64,000 nt of DNA, taken from Raillietiella orientalis. Its lineage: Eukaryota. Of the stretch, positions 52,901 to 64,000 are shown in pieces; the stretch's first letter is position 1, and the number at the start of each line of letters is the position of its first letter. Below the pieces are notes generated by a model. That model was not told the DNA's origin. It saw only the letters and a list, made by a program, of their open reading frames with translations, and did no database searches. The position numbers and the translations under genes were made by a program. Location: positions 4,216,001-4,280,000 of the forward strand of contig JAYWIR010000007.1 in the NCBI GenBank assembly GCA_036172245.1, given 5' to 3'.

Positions 52901-55900
52901 TCGTGGGCGGGAGGGGAAGAGAGAGTTGGAGTGGCGAGGGAAGGAGGAAGGGGTCGATATGGGACCTACACGGCGGGAATCCCCCCGGTGAGACCCCCTT
53001 TGGGATTAGGGATCAACCTGGGTTCGCGGACAGAGCGAAGGCGAGGCGAAGGCCGCAGACCTTTCCGGGCGGACGCACGCGGTCAGGAACTTGGAGTCGT
53101 TCAGAAAGGGGGACAGGGAGAAAGGATCCCGCGAGCTAGGGAACCTTCCCTTCCCCGTCCCGTCCTCTTTCCAGGCGAGGCGTGTCGTTCACGGTCAACG
53201 GCGCCCGGTATTCCCAAGGAGGTGGAAAAGATGCAGGGGTTATCCGTGGATACGGCGGGAAAGGGCGCGCAGGCACGCATGCAGACACCAAGTTTCCACA
53301 CGTGCGTGTACCTTCTTCCCTCTTTTTTTCCCTCCTCCACCTCCTCGTCTTTGGATCCAGGTCTCATCTTGTCTGTTGTCTCTCTCTCCTTCTTTGCCCC
53401 TCTCTTCTTTCCCATCCTGGCTCTCTCATTCATCTCCCTCCTTCCTGAGCTCGGAGCAGCGGACCGCGACCACTCCTCGGCTCCGCTCCCGATTCCACCT
53501 CGCCAGGTTCTTGCCATGGAAAACCCGCTGACCAATCACAATTAGCGTCGCATCGGTCACGTGCACGAAAGCGAGAAAACGAACGCATTCCTGCGAAAAG
53601 CTCGGGAAATTCAACACCCTTTGGAAACGAGGGCGCCCATAAAAGAAGCAGCCAGCCGAGAAGGAAAAGCGATACGTTAAAAAGGACACGCACGTCCTAC
53701 GGCACGTCACATCCTCGAAAGGGATGCTGCGTAGGAGCGCGCCGGACGCACGGCCGCCGGGATCGCTCCTGACGTGGGCGCACGTCTCCGAACAAAAGGA
53801 CCAGCTCTCTCCTTCTTGTTTTCCTTTCCACTCCTAATCCAATTGGGCGCCGTTTAATGAATGTAACAATCGCTCCATTCTTGCCTTCTTCCGATAACCT
53901 GATTATAACATCCGTGCTAAATGCTCTCCGTTGTCCCGAAGGAAACTTCTCTTTCGGGATGGAATCGACGCGCGGCGTAGCAAAATCGGAGCGTCCTGCG
54001 TTCCCAGGATACTCGTGTTACCTTTGACAGGCTCATATCGAAATCTCTTCCTCGCTCTGTACTAAGTTGTTGTTCTCCGTCAGAGAGCGTACGAACATCA
54101 GTCATCAGTTATAATTGCTGACTGATGCTCAACCCTCTTCGGGACTATTAGTTTAGGAGAAAGTTTTCCTGCCGACCAAGATAAACTCATTCGACGTTGC
54201 GAGAAAATAAATCCGAATCATCCAGGAAAACTGAAATAGATCGTTACATGCTCGTAAATTACGAACTGACAGGCGATCCGCGTGATGGATTGCCGCTGCT
54301 CCGAGCCCAGCGCCAGCGATTGGGAATCGCGCCGAGACCTCGCCGTGGCCGGGCCGGCTGTTTCTAATCGCGCGCGCGCGCGCCCCCGGTTCCACCAAGA
54401 GCCAGCGCGCCCAGGAAGAGCGGGAAGGAGGAGGTGGACGGCGGCGAGTCGGTTCCGTCCGAAGGGAGGCTAAGGAGGAGGCGCGGTCCGAGCCTTCAAC
54501 ACCGCGCGGGGGAGGGAGGCAGGGGGCCAGGCCAAGGGACAAGTCCCGCGCGGGGGTCCCGCTCGAATCCAGCAGCATCCTCCGCGTGCTCGGGAAGCCT
54601 TTCCGATCAGATGCTCAGCCTCCGCAACGCGGCGCCCAGAACCGCGTCCAGATGCACGCGGTGCTCCTCCCGGCATATTTTTATTCACGCTCCAGCGCCG
54701 CCTGTTGTCAGCTGCTGGTTTCGAAGAGCGTCTCATTTTCTTTTCTCTCTTTCTTCCTTTCCTTTTTTCCTTTTATTCGCCGCAGAAGAGCTCTGGAGCT
54801 TGGAAAGGGGATGCAGTTGGGTCGAGCGGGTGTTCCCCTCGCGCAGCAGCGTAGCCGAAGAGAGGTGAAGAAAAGGGAAGCAAAGAACTGCCAGCAGCGC
54901 TGCGTCCGTGGACGTCTTTGGCGCTGAACCGCGGAGGAGAGGGAGCGCCGAGAAGAGAGACAACGGAAGGTGCTCGCACTCCAGAAAGTACGGGAGCGGG
55001 CCCACGAGAGACCCAGGGGCGCGGCCATGCCCGAGCTGGGGTGCGGAACCTCGGGCAGTTCCCGCCGAATCCATAGCCACGGGTAGCAGCCGCGCGGGAG
55101 CAGGCGATATTTCGAAGGCGTGCTCCCCCCTTTCCCATCCCGGAGTCAATCCCACGCTAATTGGACCTGGATGCGCGAGATCACTCCCTGCTTCCTCATC
55201 CGCAGCGCTGCCCCGCGATGGAGCGCTCCGAAAAAGGAGTCTCTCTGCCATCCACTCCGCTCGCAAAGTACATGGAGCCACGGCGCAAATAAAACCCCAT
55301 TTTCCTCCTCCGACCGTATTTCAAGGAAATGATGCTCCTAGAGGAGTTTTTAGTGCAGCAAAACAAGCGCGAAAAACCCGTTGTTTTTCTCCTTCGTCTT
55401 TTCCTTCCTTTTTCTTCCCCTCCCTCCCGCCCCCCCCCCCCGTCAATACGACGCGAGCGACGGCCATTTTCCCTCCGGACAACAATGACCTGCGACGAGA
55501 CAAAATGGAGGAAGTCGCGCAGCTTTCGGTCCTTCTCGAAAAGCAACTGCCGTTCGAGTCTGCAGTTTCCCTCTCCCCTCCCCCTCCCCCCTTCTCTCTC
55601 TCCCTCTGCCTCCCCGGAAAAAAAAAAAAAAAGGAAAAAAGGAAGAACCTTTATCGCATGGGACTGACCGAGTGGAGGACCGTACGAAGGTCAATTCTTT
55701 GCAGAGCACTCACGTCAGAATGGCCTGCCCGCCAGCTCGGAACCCGGATCAGGTTTTTTTCGTTGTTGTGTTTTGTTTGTTTCCGTCTCCTTTTCTTTTT
55801 CTTTTGCTTTCCTCTCATCCGCCCGGCAGACGCGGCTTGCCAGAGATCGTTAAGAACCATTTGTAGATAAATTATCACTTCCGCGATCCGGAGAGTTTTC

Positions 55901-58900
55901 GATCACGCGCGTGAGGCATTTCGCCGGTCGTAGCTCGGAGGCTGACGGTCAACAAACGTCCCCAATTAAACAAAATCATCCGTCTTCTCCTTCGTTTTTT
56001 TTTTTTTCTTTTTCCTCCTTTTCTCTCGCTCTTTGAAAAGAAGAGGAGGAAGGAAAAGGCTGGTTGGATGCGCTGTTTGTTTATTCGGGTACTTCACTTG
56101 TCAGGGGTGAGCGCGGAGGAACGGGGGGGGGGCTTTTTTTCCGCGTCGGTTTCTCCCCGCCCCCTCCCCTGCTCATTGTCAGATGAAAAATCGAAGGAGC
56201 CGAATCGCCCAGGAGATTTTTCTCTTCCTGGAGGAGGATTTCATCGACGGAGAGCCCGACGCACTCGGCACGCACATCCCCTGGAAACGGGGGCGAGGGC
56301 GGGTAATTAGCATCGGGGAGGATCCTTCCATCCCCGCCGGGAGGAGCGGAAAGGAGAGCCCCGCAGGTTGACAAATCCGCAGCACCGTTCCGTCTGCCGT
56401 CGGGGGTTCCTCCGCGCTCACGCGGACGTCGCAGCCCCCGGCATGGAGGGGACGGCAGGAGACAACCAGGCTCATCGCCACCGAGACTGGCTGCTGGTCT
56501 CTCTCTCTCTCTCCGCTGAGGAGCGGACGGGAGACCTTTCCCCACCCCCCATCCTCAGACGCTCCCTCGGAGCACGTCTGTACGGGGCGGGGCAGCTCGG
56601 CAGCGACGTGGAGAACAGGTCCTTCGGACCACGGGACCCGGGGATTAGGGATGGAAGCCGCCGCTGCCCCGGTCACGGTTCGCATAGACTCAGATCTCCC
56701 CCAGGTGGGTCGTAGGTCACTCGAGCTCTTCTCCGCGTTCGACGCAGGTTGCCCTGGAGGCGTCCCGGAGCCCGTGGACAAGCCGGCAGCAGCGGAGGAG
56801 CGTAGAGGACGCGAAGAGACTCCCACGTGGGGAGGGAGGGGGAGGGAACGGCGAGCCTTCTCGAGCTGGGAAGATACCGAGCAAGGACCTCTGAGGAAGA
56901 GGGTCCCGGAAGTTCCCCCGGGGAAAGCGCAGGTCCTTCCGCCGCGGATCGCGCGACTCCGAGAGGCCCGCGGCCCGTCGGAGCCTCGGAGCCGGCACGA
57001 GGAACGGCACAACAGCCGGCGCCGCACAAGAGTCGACGTGCCCTGGACCGAAGGGCAAGGGGGGCGGCGCAGGCCTCCCGCTAATTACCGGGGGAGAGTT
57101 CCGGCCGCTGACAGGCCCCTGGCAGGAAGACGGATTCCGGCAGGGAGAAGAGGAAGGCAGCGTCCGGGAGGAACTCGCGCGCGCTCCCGTCCCGAAGAAA
57201 GACGCGCGACAAGAATTCCAGGAAGAGGGGACGGCAACACACCCCTCCTCCTCCTCCTCCACTCTCTCCCGCTTTCCCTTTTTTCCCCCAAGTCGGCGCT
57301 CAGCCTCAAGAGCGCCGTCTCGGGAAGGGCTGAGTTCGAGCCTGGACCTTTCTCTTCCGTGGGCCGCCGTATCGTCTCCTTCCCCTGGAGAGCGGGAGAC
57401 TCCTCACTCCTACCTCCTCTCCCGGTAGATTGCGCGGGAAGCCGGCTCGGCAGGGGAGGGAGAACTCCCCAAGGGGGTCGCCTTCTCCCATCGCCGACTC
57501 TGTCTCCTCGTCTCTTCCCGTGCCGCCACAGTCCCCAGCCCGCCCCGTCAGAAGAAGGAAGGAGGAGGGAGGCACATGCCTCCCTTTGGTCCAGCAACCC
57601 GTATCCCCCTTTATCGACGCGAGCAGCGGTCCAAGTGCGTGTCAGGGAAAGACATCCGCGCCCTTTCCGCTCGCGAGGAGCCTCCCCCACTTCTGAAGCT
57701 CCCCCCTTCCAGGGGAGCCTCTTCCTCCGATATTCCCCGGAAGCCGGGGAATGTCGGTAGGTCGAGGCTCACCCCTTGACGGCTCGGTAGTCCGTCTGCA
57801 GGGAGTTCTCGAGAGGGAGTGCCCTCGTGGCTCGAGTCCGCGCAGTTCCTGAGGGAAGAAGGGGGGGAGGATGAGAACCATGCGCGGCCCTCGAGGATGG
57901 CAAGCGTGGAAGGAAGGGTGGCGACTCTCCCGGAGGCTCCCGACGCTTCCGGATATTACGGGATGAGGTCCTCGTAGGGGAGACCCTGAGGTCAGCTTCG
58001 CTCCAGAGCGCCCGGCCCCGAAGGAGTCTCAGTGGCGAAGCGTGCGCGCGTGTTCGCCTGTTCCTGGGGTTCCCGAAGCCTCGGAGGAGGAGCGACGAAG
58101 CAGCCGCCAAACATGGGGGAAGGGGATCTGCCCGTCTGGGTTGTCCAGGAGGGTGCTCCGCCGTGGCGAAATGGAGAGGCGAGTGCACGGTTTCCCGAGA
58201 GGCGATGGAGACACAGGAAAGCAGGGAGGGAAAGGGGAAGAGACGAGAGAGGGGGGAGGGAGGCGCGCTACCCGGGAGCCGTGGCCAGGGAAGTGATCTC
58301 TCCCAATGTCTTCCCCCCACCCCCTTTCCCCTGCCTTCTCTGCCATCTTGGCCAGGATGCCGGGAAAAGTAGGAGGATGAGAAGCAACAGCAGCAGCCGG
58401 CGTGGCGGACGCCGCGCGGTCACCTCCGGGTTCCCGTCAGCGAGGAAGGGGGGTACTACATACTCTGGGGTCACCGCCACTCGGCGGGTTCTGCGCCCAC
58501 CCACCCCACCCGCATTCCTGTTGCCAGGGACGAAGGTCGCAGCCTCCCGATGCCTCCTCTTTCCTCGCTCCTCCCCCTCCCTCGGGGTAACGACGGGAGC
58601 TCAGTGACCTCAGAAGGCAACAGAGACGTCCCGGGATGGAACGTGTGCGCTCTCGAGAGGGAGTTTCCTTTCCTCCTTCCCTTCCCCCCTCTCCCGGCTC
58701 TGAAGGGGCGTACGTGAGGAGGGGAGGGACAGGTCGGCGAGGTCGTCCGCGGGAGGTACGAAGAGGAGAGGGTCCTCGGAAGTGGAACCTTCCGGCCCTT
58801 TGAACGACTGCGGGGACGGACGACTGCTTGAGTGCATCCCCAGGGCATCCGTCCACTCCCACTAGCGGCGGCTCGCGGCAGCACCAGAGAGCTGCTCCCC

Positions 58901-61900
58901 TCCCTTCTGCCTCCGCGAAAGGGGGGGAAGGGCAGAAGGAAGCGAGCGGGAGCGTTCCCGCCTCTTCCGCCTCCGAGACCGCTGGTCACCGCTCCTCCCT
59001 TCTCCCTGCTCCATCGGAGATCGTCCATCTCAGGAGCCTCCTGCCCTGATGTGGCGGCGCGGAAGAGCCTGGCGACGGGATACTGTCGTCGGGTAGCGCC
59101 CACGACAGTCCTCTTCCTCCTTCGCGCGGAAACCGAGAGGAAGGGGAGAGAAGAGGAGAGGGGAGCAGGGCGGTCGGAGGGGCGGGAGGGCAGGCCGGAG
59201 GTGAAGATCCGTCAAGGAGGGGAGCCGGGGAAGCTGCCGACAGCTCTCTTCGTTGCCTCCACTCTTCGGGAAGAGGCGGCGACGGGAGCTAAAAATAACC
59301 GGGGGGGATGGCGCGCGCGCGAGCGAGGCGACGAGGAAGAGGGGAGGGGAGCGAGCAAACCCTTCCGAGTGCCAAGTTCTCTCTCCTCCCTCCCAACCCC
59401 CACGACGAGAGGAATCGCCTCTTCTCATTCTTGGCGGAGGCGGCGGCGCTGCGTGGCGACGAGAACGGCGAGGACGCGGCACTCCTGCTCCTGGCAAGCC
59501 GCCCACCGCGAGCTCAAGGGGGAGGGGAAGAGCGGGGACGCCGTCGGAAGCTAGGCGCTCCCCGGGGACGGTGAGTTATCGGCCTTCCTGGAAGAGGTCC
59601 AGCAACTACCGAGCGAAAGAAAAAAGGGAAGAGGGGGAGGAGGGGTCGCGCTCGAGAGCCACGTGGAGATGCAGAGGACAAGGAGGAAGGGACGGGGAGG
59701 AGCCCGACCGCCTACCTTCGTCCCTGCTTCCCGACAGGGATGACGAGGCCCCCCCATCAGAGACGTTCCCTTCCGGGAGTGACTGGTCTGGCCTCCTCTT
59801 CTCATTGTATTCTCAGGCGAGGCGTTGGAGACCGAGGTTCGGGCGCCGCCCACCTGGAAGGCAGGCGAGAGCATCCACGTCAGAAGGTTCGGTCGCTTGC
59901 TCCGGGCGGCGCCAGCGCTCCGACCGCCCTCCCGACCTTCAACCGAAGAGCCTCCCCCATCTGAAGGGGGGGCTTCTGAAGAGGGGCGAGAGGAAAAGGG
60001 GGGGAGCAGGGGCTACGCAGAGGCTGGCAACCCCAGTCGGCGTCCGGATGCGCCCGTCGAGCCCACTCCAGCGCCCCTGGTGGCGCGCGTCCCTTGATCT
60101 CCTTTTCGTTCCGATTTTTCTTCTCCATCCCCTTTGTGTGCGCCCTTTTGTCGCCCTCGTTACTGTTGTTGCCGTTTCGAGGGCGATTCACTCGTCACTT
60201 GGTTGTCCCGCAACCCCTTCTCAGTGGTTCCCTGGAACAAAAGACCTGCCGCTCCTCCTCCGTGCGCGATCGCCCCTCGTGCGAAACGCGATGACAGGCT
60301 GAGAACGGGTGCTCTTCGGGGCGCGGTTCTGCCCCCGCACACCTGAAACGCGCGGGAGCAGAAGAAGCATTGGGCGAGGGTGGCTGGCGGGCCCACCCGC
60401 TCGTCTTCTCATGTGTCCTCCTCCCTTCCTCCCTTCCACCTCTTCCTTTTCTCTTTCTCCTCCTTTTCCTCTTCTTTCCTTCCTCCCTCCTCTTCCTCCT
60501 GCTTTCCTCTTCCTCCCCCTTCCTCCTCCTTCTCCCCTTCATTATAATCATCATCAGCATCCCCTTTTCTCTCTCCCTTCGCTCCGTCCCGACGCTGCCT
60601 CGCCGCGTGGTGTGCAAGGCGAAAGGGTGGGAAGGCGCGCGTGCGCGGAGCGCGCTAAGAGAAGAGAGGGAAGTGGGAAGGAAAGGCAGGGGGAGGATGA
60701 TGATCCAGAAAGTGCTCTCGTGAAAGAATCGGGAAGGTGAAGGGGGGGGGGATTGCAGAGGGCGCTCAGTGAGGAGTCCAGGGCAAGTGTTGTCCTGGAG
60801 AAGGGGAGGAGCTCACGCCGCGGCGGCGAAGCCCTCCTGCCGTTCCTGCGCCCCTTTCAGTTCCTCCCCGCCGGCCATTTTGTTTTCTTTTCTCCTTTTT
60901 CTGCTTCTTCTCCCTTCCGGCGAAGGCAGGGAAGCGAAAACAAAATCGTCATCCATCATACAGGAGAGATCCGCGCGGATTTGTGAACGCTCGGAGCGGA
61001 CCATGGGGGCGGCGCCACTCGCGAGTACCCCGCAGGAGCCACCGCTGCCGCCGACCTTCGTCTACGCGCGCACGCGCTTCCCCCTTCCCCTAGCCCCGTT
61101 GGCCAGTTGGAGGCGCCGGCAATACGGAAGGCGGGAGGGGGTGCTCTCTCGCCGCCGCCGATGTTTCCCTGGCCCTCCGGGGACGAGTCGGAGCGTAGAC
61201 CGCAAGTGAAAGCTTCTCGAACTCCTCGGAGCGGAGTGGGTGGCTCCATGGGCCCAGCCCCCCTTTCCAGGTCGCGACCGGCGGAGGCAAGGCGACAGGG
61301 AACCGCGAACCGCGCCCGGGCAAAGACACCGCGCTGCTCGTTCCTGGAGGCGGGGGAAAAGGGCAGTGGGATATTCGAGGGCTCCAGGACTCCCATTGGC
61401 GAGGAGGGGAGCAGCAACAGTGCTCCCCGCGCCGGCGGCGGAGACGCAGCAGGTCGAATGTCAATGGCGGCATTCGCGGGCGTGGGATGAGGAGTTCAGG
61501 GAGCCAGCCACCTGAGGGATGAATGGTGACGCTCCCTCGGACCTCTGCCGTGGGCGTCGGCGGGTCTTCAGCCACTCCGAACCCGCGCCAAAGACAACCA
61601 GGATATTCGATCCGCTTCAGTTCGGGGAGAGGAGCGATCAGTGCGACTCCACCGCCCTCGAGAAGGACCCAGGAGACATCCTCGACTACAGACGTCGAGA
61701 GTCGGTTACCATGGCGATGCGGCTGGAAGCCCCGATGAGGAGAGCTGCGGGGAGGGGGAGCAGCAAACGCTGATGTGTCTCCCGTCGATCTCCCGGCCGC
61801 TGCGAAGAACGAGGGCCACTCTTGTGGTGGCGGTCAAACCGTGCGCCTGCCACCTTCGCCAGAGAAAGGTTTTCGGATGCTGTGATGACCAACGACTCCC

Positions 61901-62475
61901 TGCTCCCGGGACCTGCTCGCGCCTTCCCTTTCGATCTGCTTCTTCCCTCCCGACGATCCAGGAATAAGCAGTCCCGAACGGCTGCTGCAGAGGAATTGGA
62001 TATCCCGTTCCTTGGCAACGGGCCCCGGAGGCCATCTCCTCCTTGAGCCTCCTTGCTTCCTGCTGACGAGTTCCAACGCCACCCAGAGAGATCCAAAAAG
62101 AGCAGCTGCCTTGAGCACTCGATACAGCACTGTCGCCGGCTGCAGGAGCGCACGGGAGTCCGGGATGCACCCCCGTGTTCCAGGAGATGGCCGGCGGTCA
62201 AGAGCACCCGTCAAGAGCCCCGCCTTGCTGCAACATTTCTGCGCTCCCTCTTCCCCGTGCTGTTCTCCCGCTGGTGCTGGCGATCCCCTCGGGGCTCGCA
62301 ATAGGGGACGCTGAGACCTCCTCCCCCATGCACTCGGAAGCGACCGTGCAAGCACGTTCCATGAGCACCACCTCCCTGGAAATCTGAGATTGCCCCCTCT
62401 CATCGCGGGTCCACCTGGTTCCTCCGGACCAGACCACTGATCCCCCCACCTCCCCCATATGAGGACCACCGTGCG

Positions 62476-62576
62476 CACGCAAAGTGAGGTTCACACCCCG
62501 TGCCCTTCCAAAACGTAGTTCAGCTTGCTGGCCACCAGATGGGTGGCGTATCAGACATCAAGCTGATAAGAACAGA
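62476..62576 (-). pseudogene. U2: 5'-truncated U2 snRNA fragment (stem IIa, IIb, decayed Sm site, stem III-like hairpin)
   Basis: Minus strand TCTGTTCTTATCAGCTTGATGTCTGATACGCCACCCATCTGGTGGC..AACTACGTTTTGGAA matches U2 TCTGTTCTTATCAGTTTAATATCTGATACG. Stem IIb GCCACC/GGTGGC is intact. The 5' part containing GTAGTA is absent. Confidence 0.85.
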
Positions 62577-63010
62577 TTTATTTCGCGGCTTAGAAGGGAG
62601 CATTAAAGGCTGTGGAGGGGACGGCTCTGACTTCCCGCCTTAGGAATGGGGCTGTTGCAAGGTGTCCGAAGGTGTTCACTTCCCAGGGAATCCCCTTTCA
62701 TACTCTTCGGCAACGTCGTCGATCTCGTCCCAGAGCTCCTGTCTCTAACGTTCTTTTTTGCTCGTGCAGGATGTCTGCATCATCCGGATGAGTGTCTCAG
62801 CCTATGGGTCCAGTGAATGTCATGACCGTGCCGGATGCACGAGGCCACCCCAGCTTACCTCATTCAAACACCTGCGCGGGACTCCCAGTTCTCAAAGGGC
62901 TGAGTCATTTCCCGGCGTCGACCCTTCCCCGGGCGCGACGATCGGTACGCCGCGCGCGGAGAAGGCAGCCAACTGGGGGTCTCCGCAAATCGGCGTGTCC
63001 CTGGTGCCGC
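62577..63010 (-). mobile_element. 3' end of a U2-targeting RLE non-LTR retrotransposon (Utopia/NeSL group)
   Basis: Minus frames HADL..VPIVAPGEGSTPGNDSAL*ELGVPRR..VASCIRHGHDIHWTH..* resemble the RLE C-terminus (P.VVG.LGSW.P.N...L..LG..RRY...I..S.DIY..H). About 200 nt of 3'UTR ends in AATAAA directly abutting U2 TCTGTTCTT. Confidence 0.75.
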
Positions 63011-63013
63011 ATC

Positions 63014-64000
63014 ACTCTTCCTGGATTCATAGGGTGGTCCCTCCTAGGTCACCCATCATGACTGGGAGAGTCAACACGCACCCTCGGGTGACGTGTACAA
63101 CGTTAAAGAGCTTCGTGAGCGCCCCCCCCCCCCCCCCCCCCAAGGAGGCGAACGGTTCTTCAGGGGGGAATGGCGTCGCCTGCATTCAAGAGATGCCAAA
63201 AGAAAATAAAAAAAGTTCCTTGGGGATGAATGCTGGCATGCCGACCGGTTTCCCCCACAAATGTAGAGGAGACAGTAACTAAATAAAAAATAAAAGACGG
63301 GATGGAAGGGACCGGGGTCTTTGGTTTCATTTGTTCCTTTCTTTCTAGAAGCGGCTGTGTGTGGTGGCGACCTCCCTGGTGACTCTTTCTGGCAGCCGTT
63401 CTCGTGAAAGCGGCCGACATATTGGTGGCCTCCCTTCCCCGCGAAGGAGACTCCAACACGTGGCGGACGTCGCATCCGCTCTATGGTGACAGTCCGATCT
63501 TGTCGCCATCACGGCGCCCGCCTTCAGTCCGCCTTGCGTGAGGAAGCGGCTCGGCAAATTCGAAGCGGGGGGTCCTGCGGGTGGCGGACAGCCCAAGCGA
63601 GTCCCCGCCACAAGTCCTCCAGGGCACTCCAGCCCAACAAAAGCGATTCCATCGCCTCGCACCTGAAACGGTTCGGGGAGGCAACCCTCCCTGAAAGCAG
63701 GTGCCTGCGCTGATTGCACCGGAATCCCCAGTGCAGAAACAGCAGAACATCCCGTTTCCAACGGAGCGGGAGCACGGAGGTGCCCACACTTAGGGAAAGG
63801 ACCACGGGTTCTTCGAGGAGGTAGGGGGAGGAAGGGGTGCACACCAAGCAGGTCAACCCACCGAAGGAGCCCCCTTGTCTGGAAACGAGGAATGGTGACA
63901 TTCACCAACTCGCTCGCCCCGTAGCCGTCCAGGAGTTTCTCGGCTCCTGCCATCTTGCATGCCACTGGTCGGCTGTTGTCCCCGTTTGCCCTGAGGGGGC
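63014..64000 (+). mobile_element. Copy C: structured 5' leader plus decayed N-terminal zinc-finger/Myb-like region of an R2/NeSL-type element, running off the window
   Basis: Twin hairpin shared with copies A and B. Then SIASHLKR, RCPHLG..FEEVGGG(R)GVHTKQVNP (cf. C..C...F...G.GVH....HP) and DIHQLAR, with frameshifts. Confidence 0.6.

Noticed and set aside
40000..56000. Hox-cluster microRNAs (mir-10, mir-993, mir-iab-4) or homeobox exons
   Set aside because: I searched by eye for the mature sequences and a WFQNRR-type motif and found none.
16500..62400. Hundreds of long overlapping ORFs (e.g. 23540-24751, 34657-35964, 56651-57760, 59253-60302)
   Set aside because: R/G/P/S/A-rich low-complexity translations open on several frames at once, as expected from high GC. 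No host-protein motifs were recognised.

Overview
Eukaryotic, most likely arthropod, genomic DNA; no prokaryotic features or CRISPR arrays were seen. An AT-richer, CpG-poor gene island (~4.5-16.5 kb) holds the 3' exons of a two-Ig-domain, probably GPI-anchored surface-protein gene, a 13-exon glucosidase II alpha (GANAB) gene with 41-61 nt introns, and a convergent small roh-like gene whose poly(A) signal overlaps that of GANAB. The remainder is a very GC-rich gene desert whose long ORFs are mostly compositional artefacts. It contains eroded non-LTR retrotransposons (L1/Tx1-like, R2/NeSL-like), several near-perfect palindromes and AT-rich homeodomain-motif islands; an RTE-like relic lies at the edge of the AT-rich island. 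Two observations stand out. (1) The 3' end of a restriction-like-endonuclease retrotransposon ends in AATAAA and is fused to a U2 snRNA fragment at the GTAGTA^TCTGTTCTT site (Utopia-type), back-to-back with an inverted 5' element segment. (2) A three-copy repeat family (17 kb, 19.6 kb, 63 kb) conserves a twin-hairpin RNA structure with compensatory changes, and two copies carry a tRNA-like A/B-box head. All alignments were done by eye.
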